From Macrostomum hystrix (lineage: Eukaryota; Animalia; Platyhelminthes): 64,000 nt of DNA. Position numbers and translations under genes: made by a program. Numbering within the stretch: position 1 is the first letter of the stretch; every line of letters starts with the position of its first letter. The stretch covers positions 8,308,001 to 8,372,000 of the forward strand of contig CATNEN010000003.1 of assembly GCA_950097015.1 (NCBI GenBank), read 5' to 3'. This document shows, piece by piece, positions 12,054 through 30,145 of the stretch. The notes below the pieces were generated by a model. The model saw only the letters and a list, made by a program, of their open reading frames with translations, ran no database searches and was not told where the DNA came from.

Positions 12054-14734
12054 ATGTCGGTCTCCGATCCACTGCTCAAGCGACTCAAGCAGCACGTCCT
12101 ATCGTTGCGCACAGTTGGCGACTCACCGGGAGCCGACATCGCCGACAATCATCCCAGCCTAGAGCCGCTATGCTCAACTCTAGAAGAGATCCTAGCCAAA
12201 GGTTTGAGACAGTCTGCCGGCTTGTTCTCTGCTAATCGGGACGCTTATCATTGGCTGTTTTTGCTGCCAGACCTGTGCTTGAGATACTCGCAGAGAATTG
12301 GCGTTCCGACTGGAGACCGTCACAGCGGCGGTCTGGACTTTCAACAGGTCCCCGGCGCTGGCGGCATCGACTGTCTGGGCGGTGGTCACCTGCATCCTGG
12401 TGTGGAGGCTGCTATACAGGTGATTAAGGCTACTATTGTATGGTTTGGGTAAGGGGTGAGTGGCAGATCGGTGTAACGCCTCTCGCGCCAAGGTGCTCGA
12501 TTCCGCGGCGAGGCCACATTCGTTTGGAACGATTGTCGTACGATTTGCGCCCTTTAGGTCCAATCTCGAAGGCACAGTGAAAGTGATAAATTCAGGGCAG
12601 ATGTACACACCTGTGTGAGTGTGTGCGCCTCACTGGCTGCGTGTCAACCGTCACTAAATGTTATTCCAGTGCCCACAGCCCTTCTGCAAAAAAAATTATC
12701 AAGGATCAAGTGTACAAGTTTTGGGCCAAGTATACTAGTTTTGGGTCAAGCGTACAAGATTTGGGTCAAGCGTACAAGATTTGGATCAAGCGTACAAGTT
12801 TTAGGTCAAGCGTACAAGATTTAACTAAAGCATATCTATGCCAGATTAAAATTCCAATTTCGTGTGCTATCCAAACACTCCCCCATGCTCAGTGCGCCAA
12901 ATCCGAGCCTCGAGTGCGCGAGCCGCTGGGCCGCGGTCGCCTCCTAATTCGCTGCCTCCTTCAGCGCCGACTCATCCACTGGCCGGTGTTAGTCCTCTGC
13001 CGAGTACTGCGACAGGCTGCCGAGTTCTACGACGATCTTTACTCGATTGTTGGCAACGACATTCTAGCCGAGATTCTAGCCAGCCTGCTGTTGGAACTCG
13101 CCAAGGCCAAGTTCGCTTTGAACCTGCGCAATGCCGCCTTCCTTGATTGCAGCTGGTCACTGCCGCGCTACTGCTACTATGAATTTGTGCCCTGCAGCAA
13201 ACTTGGACTGCATATCATCTGCGTTCAGGGTTACCAGGTCTGTCTGTACTGGCTTTGTCTCTGTACTGGCTGTCTCTGTCCGTACAGGGTCTGTACTGGC
13301 TGTCTGTTTGCACTTAGTGTCTGTCTGTACTGGGTGTCTGTTTGCACTTAGTGTCTGTCTGTACTGGGTGTCTGTTTGCACTTGGTGTCTGTAGTGGATG
13401 ACTGTCTGTACTGGCTGTCTCTGTCTGTTCTGGTTGTCTGTTTGCACTTGGTGTCTGTCTGAGTGTCTATACTTGTGACTGCCTGTCCTGGGTGTCTGTA
13501 CTAGGTTTCTGTCTGTACCGGCTGTCTGTGTCTGCTAGGTGTCTTTGAGTCTGCCCTGTCTGTCGGGCTACTCTATGGCGATAAAAGTGCCACATAATAT
13601 CATCCCAGGTAGTGGAGGCTCTCCTGCCCGGCTCCGTAGCCGCCGAAGATGCCAAGATAGAACCGGGCGATATTCTAGACGAACTACTAGGCCAATGCGT
13701 CAAGCACAATGGCGCCAAGATTCGGCGCCTAATGAAAGACAACCAGGGCTGGCCGGTGCCAACCTGGTTTATTAAGGCCCGCCTGACCGACGCCAGCCTT
13801 TACCAGCCGCTGCTGCACATGCTCAAGGCTGCTGGCCAAGCCGGCCTCTTGAATCACGTGCGCAGGCACCCGGATGCCCCGAGGGTAAGCAGCTTGGAGT
13901 GATATAACAGGTTAACTAGCCGTGTCTAACAGGTTAACTAGCCGTGTCTAACAGGTTAACTAGCCATGTCTAACAGTTTAACTAGCCATATCTAACAGGT
14001 TAACTAGCCGTGTCTAACAGGTTAACTAGCCATGTCTAACAGGTTAACTAGCCGTGTCTAACAGGTTAACTAGCCATGTCTAACAGGTTAACTAGCCATA
14101 TCTAACAGGTTAACTAGCCATATCTAACAGGTTAACTAGCCATATCTAACAGGTTACCAACCCTCTTATTCAGGTGCATCGCGGTGCCATTCCTGGCGTC
14201 AACTTCGACGACGACCCGGCGCTCAGCCAGCTTGGCGCCGCAGCCTCCGACGACGGCTTCCGCCAGCAGCCGCCTCTGCCGATTCACGCCCGCCTAGACG
14301 AGGACGCCTCGGACGACATTCCGGCAGCCAATCCGGACATGGCGCCGACCTACTCGGTGCGCTACGTCGGCAGCTTGCCTATGGGGGCCAACGGTGGAGT
14401 CTCAGCCATCGAGCCGGGCATTCAGCGAGTCTTAGCCGCCTACTCGGATCCTTCAGTCTACCGTTTATGCCGACTCGAACTAGACGAGAAGGAGGTGATC
14501 GCGATGGACTCAACCACCGGGGAGGTGCTGCTGCGTCACGCCTATCCCCAGATTGCGTCTTGCGGCAGGCGCCTAGACTGCGTCAAGTTTGTGGCCTACA
14601 TGGGCGGCGAGACCACGTGTACTATCGCCCGCGACTTCCACTGTCACGTGTTTGAGGCCAGAAGCGACTACGAATCGCGCACTATTCTCTGCAGCATTGC
14701 GCAAGGCTTCGAGCGCACACATTGGGCCCTGTGA
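12054..14734 (+). CDS. Uncharacterised RUN + PDZ + PTB/PID domain adaptor protein, 4 exons
   Basis: Exons 12054-12419, 12893-13237, 13609-13884, 14174-14734. RUN motifs (LCSTLEEILAKGL; GRGRLLIRCLLQ; FYDD), a PDZ-like segment (LGLHI..EALLPGSVAAED.KIEPGDILDEL) and a PTB domain (YSVRYVGS..ISCG..FVAY..FHCHVFEA..SIAQGF). Confidence 0.8.
12455..12690 (+). mobile_element. tRNA-derived SINE, internally deleted copy
   Basis: GTGGCAGATCGG...CTCGATTCCGCGGCGAGGCCAC...CAGGGCAGATGTACACAC matches the other copies. Confidence 0.75.
12705..12822. repeat. Short minisatellite, 20-bp unit TTGGGTCAAGCGTACAAGAT
   Basis: About 6 copies, period 20. Confidence 0.85.
13238..13570. repeat. Degenerate GTCT-rich minisatellite (GTCTGTCTGTACTGG...) starting at the splice donor
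   Basis: Repeated GTCTGTCTGTACTGG and GTCTGTTTGCACTT blocks. Confidence 0.75.
13905..14157. repeat. Minisatellite, 22-bp unit CTAACAGGTTAACTAGCCRTRT
   Basis: Period 22, ~11 copies, ending ~15 nt before the acceptor at 14173. Confidence 0.95.
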
Positions 14735-15489
14735 CCAGCTGCCTGCTATCGGATCATTTTACTCTCTTTTGAAATTCAGATTTTTTTATTTAGAGACTAC
14801 TAGCAGTAATCTAAGAGACATTTTTTCTAGTCTTGTTTTTTTCTAATTTCTAAAAATGTTTTATTATTTTTTGTTCATTCCTTTGCATTAATAAGATTGC
14901 AGTCAATGAATAAGTTTCCTTTGAAATAGCTATGTTTTAGTGCCAGCAAATATTCCTTGCTGTCCTGTGTCAAACGGTATCAGCAGCAGTCAGTGTATTG
15001 GCCTTTCCTAAACTTCAGTTAGAATTTTTTGTTTGTTTGTTTATTCTGTTTATAATTTATTCTGTTTGTTTTCTTACACTGTCATTCCTCAATAATATTG
15101 TAATATATAGATAATTTCCTTTTTGTAAACTGTCAAATGACTTATTATATTTGAGAACAAAGTATGTAAAAGTATAATAAGAGCAGGCTTCCATATTTTA
15201 ATATCGCATCGTTCATTATCATCAAATTGCATTCCTATCATCAGCTACCTGAAGCTTGTAAAACAGTAGACTACCATTACAGCTTGGTGTCTTATTATCA
15301 ATTTTATGTGGCGAAAAATGCCCAATATACTACTGTTTTAGTTGAAAATTATTATACGTAAATTGTCAACTGTAGATGTTGAATCGTGTTAATTCTTTTG
15401 CTACGAGCTTATTTCAGCACGGCAAATCGATTATGTACCGAAAGACTTATAATAATCAGCCAAATGAGAGTTTAATGATAAATAAAATT

Positions 15490-16295
15490 AATCTACCAGA
15501 ATAACGATAAGAATCTACCAGAATAACCATAAGAATCTACCAGAATAACCATAAGAATCTACCAGAATAACGATAAGAATCTACCAGAATAACCATAAGA
15601 ATCTACCAGAATAACCATAAGAATCTACCAGAATAACGATAAGAATCTACCAGAATAACGATAAGAATCTACCAGAATAACCATAAGAATCTACCAGAAT
15701 AACCATAAGAATCTATAAGAAAAACGGTGAGAATCTACCAGAGTAACTAACAAAATCTACCAGAAAAAAAACGATGAAAATCTACCTGAGAATCTACCAC
15801 TATAATGAAGAGAATCTAACAGAATAACCATCAGAATCTACCACTATAATGAAGAGAATCTAACAGAATAACGATCAGAATCTACCACTATAATGAAGAG
15901 AATCTAACAGAATAACCATCAGAATCTACCACTATAATGAAGAGAATCTAACAGAATAACCATCAGAATCTACCACTATAATGAAGAGAATCTAACAGAG
16001 TAACGATCAGAATCTACCACTATAATGAAGAGAATCTAACAGAATAACCATCAGAATCTACCACTATAATGAAGAGAATCTAACAGAATAACCATCAGAA
16101 TCTACCACTATAATGAAGAGAATCTAACAGAATAACCATCAGAATCTACCACTATAATGAAGAGAATCTAACAGAATAACGATCAGAATCTACCACAATA
16201 ATGATGAGAATCTAACAGAATAACGATCAGAATCTACCACAATAATGATGAGAATCTAACAGAGTAACGATCAGAATCTACCACAATAATGATGC
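15490..16295. repeat. Minisatellite: 22-bp monomer (GAATCTACCAGAATAACCATAA) switching to a 44-bp diverged dimer
   Basis: Monomer at 15490-15720, dimer at 15790-16295. Confidence 0.93.
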
Positions 16296-16729
16296 AAATT
16301 CAGCAAATAACTGAAAAGATGCATCAGAACAATGTCCTGTAAAGTGACTTTATTCTGCCAAGCGTTAAACCCAATATATATATATATATTGCTGTTCGTT
16401 TCGTACATAAGTGTAAATGTTTTCAAGTCCAAAAGAATGTAGGCATCGAATCACAAGATCGTCACAGTCAAATAACTCAATAGCTTTAGTTTATAGCTTA
16501 GTGATCGTAAGAAAATCGAAAAGATCAAAACGAAAGTACGCGCGTCGTTTAAACGTCACACTCGACGCTTCCGTTTTTAGCAGCCATCTTAGACTGTACG
16601 TCTTTGAAGAAACGATTGCAGAATTCATATTACAGTATCATTTACGTATATAAAAGATAGGCTTTTAGAGTAGCTTGCCTTCATGGGAAATGCATTATTA
16701 TCAGTGTCCATGCAGTTGCCATCTGCATC

Positions 16730-17203
16730 TTAGTTATTATTGCAAACGTCATCAAAGTCGCTGGGCACGCTGCCATAGCTAGACGCCTCCGAGCTGTTCG
16801 AGCTGTGCACATTGCCAGAAGATTTCTCCGGCTCCAAGAATTTGCTCAAGCTCAGTCGGGTCTTGCGCAACTTCTTCGCCTGAGAGATTCGAGCCAACCT
16901 GTGCGGTGGAAACGGCTTTTCATTCGACTGAGCTGCTTCCTCATCCCTCTGATTGTCAACGGCAGTCGATAGGACGTCCGTCTCGTTGCCGCCTCCGACT
17001 GCGCCTAGAAGAGACGAGTGTTCATCGTAGGTGAACACTGGCGAGTGTTCGCTGTTCCGCTGTTCCACTGGCTGCTGCTGCTGCTCATGTTTCTTATCAT
17101 CCACCTTCGCCTCATCATTAACATCTGGCTTCGACTGTTTATTCTTCTCCCGCTTCTCACTTTGTTCCTTCTGATTTTGCTGCTCATTTCCTAGGTTGAC
17201 CAT
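16730..17203 (-). CDS. Hypothetical intronless 157-aa hydrophilic protein
   Basis: ATG-to-TAA ORF with coding-like GC content in AT-rich flanks. No recognised domain. Confidence 0.55.
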   Translation of the reverse strand: MVNLGNEQQNQKEQSEKREKNKQSKPDVNDEAKVDDKKHEQQQQPVEQRNSEHSPVFTYDEHSSLLGAVGGGNETDVLSTAVDNQRDEEAAQSNEKPFPPHRLARISQAKKLRKTRLSLSKFLEPEKSSGNVHSSNSSEASSYGSVPSDFDDVCNNN

Positions 17204-18640
17204 GACTAAAACTTTGATATAACAGTGTGCGGGTCGGGTAAAAAATTAGCTTCAAAATAATCTTCGTCTACTTTCACCTTGAAACTATATATTTAAATAG
17301 ACTTCAACATTTATCGTCGTGACTTGCAGTGCAGCAATATTCTGCTGCGAATTTTACCATAGAATGGAACTTTCGTTGAAAAGACGTAGACTATTATTTT
17401 TTATGTGGACAAATAATGCAGATTGAAATATAATTTTCTAAACATTTTAATGTTTGGGCACATTAAACAGCCAGTGCCAGTGCAAGCAAAGATTGCTCAA
17501 GCTGTCTTAGAGAATCAACAATTCAGCGTAACGCGAGGGTCTAAGGGTAGCGGTGTGGGGGCGCAGCCCCTATGGAAGACGACTACCCTTTTATTGAAGT
17601 CTTTAAATACTAGCTAAGCTGCAATATATAACTCATAGTTAATCCGGTGGAACAAAGTAGTGTAGGGTCCACACTTTCATAGTCAAATACAGCGACTCCC
17701 GTACCTAGCTCGAATATACTGCTATATATACCACTCCGCTTTTTAGAAATAAATCAATCATTCAATTCATTTATCAATTTAGCATAAGCACAAGTAGCTA
17801 GACGTTGTGTACCCGAATTTATTTGCTTATATACCTTTTCTGATTATATAATTATTGGTTTTCAGTATTTATTCGAAGCTGAATTCGACAATGAAAACAT
17901 AATACTAGCAAGTAGCGATAGTTTTGTGATTGAAACTGATTAAATATAAAATTTAATTAAATACTAAAGAAAGAAAGGCAAAAATCAAAATATTCACAAT
18001 TCAATAGCATAACAGTGCGTTGAGTGTCTTTATAAAATTTAGTTAACTACTTGTACATTTTAAATTTGAAAAGTGGTGGACTAAGCATGTTGCTAAAAAT
18101 AGAATCAAATTATTCATTTACTCACGATACCAGCCAATAGGAACCGTTGAATGTAATGTCCAAATTCTAAAAATAGATCATCATAGATTGATAAACAGGC
18201 AAATCAAATCCAATTGGTTAAAATTGTACACAGGACGCGAGTGTACTTTAAACACAAAGCACATTTATTAGTAATGAAAAATATTATGTACAGACATCGA
18301 TAAAAAACGAATGAAATTCCAAAGTGCTTCCGTAATAAATGTAATAAATGTATATTAAAGGAGCAGTTGTTTTGTTAATAGACAAACAATGAATGCAGAT
18401 AATAGGTTAGCAGAAAAAAGCAAGCATATCAAATATAAAAGTACTTCCTAAAGTAACAGGATACAGAACTATGCGAATTACGAGCGTGCAGTGTACAATT
18501 ATTATTCAGTCCATGGACTGGGCTGGCCACATCACCCAAAAAAATTTCTACCCCAGCTGATGCTGGTACCCGATTTTCACAGAAGTACAAATGAAACCTT
18601 CTTAAGTTTTTATAATAATAAATCAAGTAATTATTGTTTC

Positions 18641-20634
18641 TTAGCGACCTTTGAAGCTTTTCTTAAAACTCTTACGCAGCTGGCGAAGGGTGTGAATGAG
18701 TGAACAGGCCAGCACAATGCACAGCAGGAGGACAACAGCCATGCCAAGGGCGCACAGGGCCACAGCCAGTAGGTTGAGGTACAACTGCTGGGCCATGCGC
18801 ACGGAGCAGCCCTGATGAAAGATGTTCGACGGATGCGAGTCTCGCGAGCAGCCGGGAGCATCGCTGCGGCAGCAGGAAGTCGGCGTGTACTCAGTCGTGG
18901 TGGCCCGACTGTTGTTCCAATAGTATGGCGACTCGCGCCAGTCGCGCCAGGACACGCTGCCGCAACATTTCAGCTCCGAATGAAGCCGGTCAACAGCTTT
19001 TGTCACGTCCGGGTCAGAGCGGTAGCGTTCGACCAGGGACTGCTTCACGGTTTGCTGCAGGCGACTCTGGGAGCGACAGGGTGCCTTGCACCGCTCAGCC
19101 TACTGTCTTTTATCCGAACAACAATCACAGTCTCTCTCTTCCCGTCTCACAGACTCTTCCCATCTCACAGACTCTCTTCCCATGTCACAGACTCTCTTCC
19201 GATCTCATAGTCTCGCTTCCCATCTCACAGCCTCTCTTCCTATCTCACAGTCTCTCTTTCCATCTCACAGCCTCTCTTCCCATCTCACAGCCTCTCTTCC
19301 CATCTCACAGTCTCTCTTTCCATCTCACAGCCTCTCTTCCCATCTCACAGCCTCTCTTCCCATCTCATAGTCTCGCTTCCCATCTCACAGCCTCTCTTCC
19401 CATGTCACAGACTCTCTTCCTATCTCACAGTCTCTCTCTTCCCGTCTCACAGTTTCTCTTTCCATCTCACAGACTCTCTTCCCATCTCACAGCCTCTCTT
19501 CCCATGTCACAGACTCTCTTCCTATCTCACAGACTCTCTTCCTATCTCACAGACTCTCTTCCTATCTCACAGACTCTCTTCCTATCTCACAGACTCTCTT
19601 CCCATCTCACAGACTCTCTTCCTATCTCACAGACTATCTTCCCATCTCACAGTCTCTCTTCCCATCTCACAGACTCTCTTCCTATCTCACAGACTCTCTT
19701 CCTATCTCACAGACTCTCTTCCCATCTCACAGACTCTCTTCCCATCTCACAGACTCTCTTCCCATCTCACAGCCTCTCTTTCCATCTCACAGCCTCTCTT
19801 CCCATGTCACAGCCTCTCTTCCCATCTCATAGTCTCGCTTCCAATCTCACAGCCTCTCTTCCTATCTCACAGTCTCTCTTCCCATCTCACAGCCTCTCTT
19901 CCCATCTCATAGTCTCGCTTCCAATCTCACAGCCTCTCTTCCCATCTCATAGTCTCGCTTCCAAACTCACAGCCTCTCTTCCTATCTCACAGACTCTCTT
20001 CCCATCTCACAGCCTCTCTTCCCATCTCATAGTCTCGCTTCCAATCTCACATCCTCTCTTCCTATCTCACAGTCTCTCTTCCTATCTCATAGTCTCGCTT
20101 AGTATTTCACAGTCTATTTTTTTACACACTTTTTCATATCATACAGTCTTTTCTTCTATCTTTTAAGACACTATTTTCCTATCTCACAATGTCTCTTCTC
20201 CCACAATGTCTCTTCTCTTCCCACCCTAACAGCCCGTGAACAATGGCTGTCTCGCTCACCTGCAGAGAGCTGGCGAACACGAATCCGATGGCGCAAACAG
20301 CGCACTCTACTATAAGTAGTGCGATTAGGAAGCCAGAGTAGACCCAGAGCAGGCGCACACGATTCAGAAAGATGCCAACAAAGCCGAGTACAGCGAAGGC
20401 AAAAATGAGGCCGCCGCAGACAGTGAGTAGGAAGTGACTGAGATAAAACACTTCGCCAGTTAGCACTGAGATGTAGTTCTGTCTAGACACCAGCAGCCAT
20501 ATGCCAAGAATGCACACGGCTAGGCCGCATAGAGCAACTAGCAGATTGAAGAATATTAGCACGGCTTTGATGCACTCCTTGGAGCAACAGTAGCGCTGTT
20601 GGTCGTCGCGTATGTCCTGGTACTTGTTGTTCAT
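18641..20634 (-). CDS. Tetraspanin (CD151/TSPAN11-like), 2 coding exons
   Basis: Exons 20634-20260 and 19066-18641. Four TM helices, and a large extracellular loop with CCG, P.SCC and GC motifs. Confidence 0.9.
19125..20115. repeat. Minisatellite, 20-bp unit CATCTCACAGMCTCTCTTCC (tetraspanin intron)
   Basis: Period 20, ~48 copies. Confidence 0.95.
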
Positions 20635-20762
20635 TATTCTATTTGCCGACTGGGCAATGGTCTAGCTGAAAAAAACAATAGGGCTAACGCTAGAAAGTTT
20701 TGCAGGATATCATTAAGATAAGATTGAAGGGCCGAGAGATAAGTGAGAGAGGAGAAATTAAT

Positions 20763-21192
20763 GGGACTGAGACAAGATGTAGGGAGTTATTGAAGTGACT
20801 GTGACCAGATGTAGGGAGTTATTGAAGGGACTGAGACAAGATGTAGGGAGTTATTGAAGTGACTGTGACCAGATGTAGGGAGTTATTGAAGTGACTGTGA
20901 CCAGATGTAGGGAGTTATTGAAGTGACTGTGACCAGATGTAGGGAGTTATTGAAGAGACTGTGACCAGATGTAGGGAGTTATTGAAGTGACTGTGACCAG
21001 ATGTAGGGAGTTATTGAAGTGACTGTGACCAGATGTAGGGAGTTATTGAAGTGACTGTGACCAGATGTAGGGAGTTATTGAAGGGACTGTGACCAGATGT
21101 AGGGAGTTATTGAAGGGACTGTGACCAGATGTAGGGAGTTATTGAAGTGACTGAGACCAGATTTATGGAGGTATTGAAGGGACTGTGAACAG
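20763..21192. repeat. Minisatellite, 32-bp unit AGGGAGTTATTGAAGTGACTGTGACCAGATGT
   Basis: Period 32, lying upstream of an acceptor-like site (~20666) for the tetraspanin ATG exon. Confidence 0.93.
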
Positions 21193-22594
21193 AAAATTAT
21201 TATATTAATAATATTCTTCAGTGAACAAGAAAAACAGTAGGTGACTGATTACTAACTGAATAAGTCAACAGCTAAAGCTATCAATACAGATATTTTGAAA
21301 TTATTGAATTCAAGTAAATTTCTAAATCCGACACTGGATTACTGCTGTCAAGCAATGAAAAGAAAAAACGAGAGACAGAAAAGTATTGCAGATTAAGAAA
21401 TAAATACTTAATATTCTATTTGATGGCAAATACGTGAAAGATGATATGCTACTTGTTTCTGTACGTGCGGAATTCACAAATTACACAGAGACAATTTGCG
21501 ATTCAATTAGCAGGAAAATGAAAACCTAATTCAGGTAGATAAAATATAGACGTCGTTTTAATATTACAGTAGAATAAAGTGATCATTAGCCCACGTTGAA
21601 TGATGTAATTTAGCAAAAATTAGCATTTAAGGAATGATTTATTGCCTTAATAAATTATTCGTGACTTTGTCTTAACGTTTGTAAAGTTTGCTAACACCTG
21701 CAGTTAAATCAGCATAATTTGAGCAATTAGTCTGAGATGAGACTTGAAATAGGTTTCTTATCAGAGTAGTTATAGACAGTCTCAGGTGCTATTCATTCCG
21801 AAATAGATCACAATGATAATATAATTTTACTTCTTGTAATTAGTCTTATCTTAAGTTAAGTTTTTTATGAAAGTGAAAGTGAATGAAAGTTAGAAATAAA
21901 AATTCGATCAAAAACCGATGATTACAATAAAGAACTAAATAGAGAGACAAGCAGACAAAATAATCTGCTCAAGCAGGTAAGAATTTCATCAGGTCACAGA
22001 TAGCACAGGGAACTAGTTTTCCTTTACTATTGTCAATAAAAACGTAAAAATATAAATATAAGTGGTGCCTCTCGGAAAAGCAGTATATTCCTTCCATCAA
22101 GCTAAATAAAAGAAAAAACACAAAAAATCATTTTCGCAGCAGTTTTTCAGTAAGCAAATTTATGATAGTAAATTACGATGCGATTTTTTATACTGAGAAG
22201 TTTCAGAAAATTTGGCTAACTAATTGCACATTAAAGTATTTTCAAATAGAAAGAAACCTACTAAAAAGCAGCAGCAGAAACCCACTGACCAATAAGAAAA
22301 CAATGATCGCTGCCTCAGGCAAAATGACTAACTTCAAATATGTAAATATGCGCTAGAAGCATGCAGGCAAATATTTAAAAAGCTTATTGTACCTAAAACT
22401 AATCAGTACGATAGTAGTATCACCAATCACAAAAAGTTACAATAGCTAAACATTTGCTTTTATCATTTCACGGGAAGATATCAATTGGCCAGCAATAGCT
22501 TTCACTTAAAAAGAAATAAGAAAGTTACGCTAGTTTCAAAATGCAAATAACACAGTCCGTATTAGCCACCTTGATTTCACCAATGGCCGCTCTC

Positions 22595-26647
<4,053 letters not shown>

Positions 26648-26912
26648 TGTTCTGCTGCAATAGGATAGGGGAGAAGAAAACGCATCATAAGATTTACTGA
26701 AAACGGCTTGGTTTGAGTGTCTGCTATTGAATTTAATCGATGAGTCAATGGACGACCCACTACCGTGACATAAAACTATAGCTAAAATGTAATAGAGAAA
26801 AAAGCCGACACGAAACAGAAGGGTCAAACATCCGACCGCCAATCTATACAATAGGTACCGCGGCGTAGAGAAATTGGACAGAAAGAGAGAGAGGGATGGC
26901 AATGAGGAGCCG

Positions 26913-27399
26913 GTTGCTAATGACAACACTGAGGTTGTTGTATAGGTTGGCTAAGGATGGGTAGGTGGCTGAGTTTCAATGCATAATACAACAGTGGTCC
27001 CCGCCAGAGGATGCTGGTTTTTTTACTCCTAATGCATTTTCTTTATTCTAGTCTGTCTGACTGCCTTTCCTTCTGTTCCCATCAGCTGTCAGGGACGAAT
27101 GGATGCGATAGAGGGAGGCCGCACTTAACTAGCGAGATACTCAAAATGAAAGCATCTATGTAATTTTTACCTATACTAACCTGGGGAGGGAGAGAAGCTA
27201 GGGATTTTCAGGGGATAACGACTATAGGGAGGATGAGAATATGGGGAGATGGGAGTATGCTACTCAAATTCTAGTAACCAGGGGCAACGGGGACGCTATG
27301 GAGTGGGGCTGCTTTAGTTTTAACTAGCTAGTCTTATCACACTCCCTAATGCTCCTCCGTCTAGCCCCCACGCGGGTTGCCAACCATTGTCATGGAAAC
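26913..27399. promoter_or_regulatory. Bidirectional NDR/alpha-tubulin promoter with three RFX X-box-like motifs
   Basis: GTTGCTAATGACAAC at 26913-26927, GTAACCAGGGGCAAC at 27274-27288 (fits GTNRCC-N0-3-RGYAAC) and ATTGTCATGGAAAC at 27386-27399. A TATA-like CTATATTAG lies at ~27440. Confidence 0.5.
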
Positions 27400-27593
27400 C
27401 ACAGCAAACCAGCCCCAGTCCCCAGGGTACCAACGTGGCCTATATTAGCAAGATCTGTGGGGGCCCGCCGCTCTCCTCTCATTCATTGCATCTTGCGACT
27501 CTTCGCTTCCGTTGAGCGATTCAATCGGCAAACTAAGCCAGCCGCTTCTGTCTACCCGGATTCTCCGAAAGCTACCTACAAAAGCCTTTAACA

Positions 27594-29031
<1,438 letters not shown>

Positions 29032-29754
29032 GCGGCGGAAGTCACCAGTGACTAACTGACAAGGCATCTTAGATGCTGAATGCACACGGACTTCTAACTA
29101 AGAAAGCCTCACACTTGAAAATTATCACTGGTTAAAAAACCGCCAAAAGTAAATCTGTCGCTTTCTTCTTACTATGGAAACACTTGAAGGAAAAAGCAAC
29201 TAGCGATATAAAACTCCCCGAAAGTTTAAATTACCAACTCACAAATATCTTTCACTTTTACATATCAAAGTGTACCTTGGCTTAAAATTATTGGCTTAAA
29301 TTTCTGAAACCGCTCAAAATATCTAAAAAGCCTATATTGCTGTTATTATTAAAAATAAATAACTAACACGCAACAATCTACCTGGTAGAAATAAAATAAA
29401 AAGAAAACATAGTTCACCACAGAAAACAAAACAATACTTTATTAAGTCTTTATTTCATTTTTTTCTTGGTCTTCTTGGCTTCCGTTTACACATCGATTAA
29501 CGAATTATTAATCTATAGGAGAACATCAACGACGCTATGTAATGGAAGCTTTATTGGAAGAGTACAAGTAGGGTAGGGTACAAGTATGCCTATTGTAAAA
29601 ATCGGTGTTAAAATTCGAAATGGATAGAAACATTTTAATGAAAACTGAATAACTAAAAGCAGCGCCCTATTTTTAGATTTACTTTTTAGGGATACAAAAA
29701 TTTTCTGTGTAGACTAGAGACTAAAATTGTTTAATAAAGTCTACATCAGGCGAA

Positions 29755-30145
29755 GGAGTAATTTTATCGAGTGCACAATGGAGGAAGGAATGATTTTATT
29801 TATTGTACATTAGGGGAAGGAATGATTTTATCGAGTGTACAATGGGGGAAGGAATGATTTTATTTATTGTACACTAGGGTAAGTAATGATTTTATCGAGT
29901 GTACAATGGGGGAAGGAATGATTTTATCGAGTGTACACTAGGGTAAGGAATGATTTTATCGAGTGTACAATGGGGGAAGGAATGATTTTATTTATTGTAC
30001 ATTAAGGTAAGGAATGATTTTATCGAGTGTACAATGGGGGAAGGAATGATTTTATTTATTGTACATTAGGGGAAGGAATGATTTTATCGAGTGTACACTA
30101 GGGGAAGGAATGATATTGTTCAGCGAACGTTTAGGGAAGGAATGG
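29755..30145. repeat. Minisatellite, ~32-33-bp unit GGAAGGAATGATTTTATCGAGTGTACAATGGG
   Basis: Period 32-33, intergenic. Confidence 0.9.

Noticed and set aside
17530-17575. GC-rich GGGGGCGCAGCCCC hairpin fragment
   Set aside because: Probably a small TE remnant. No termini or second copy support a call.
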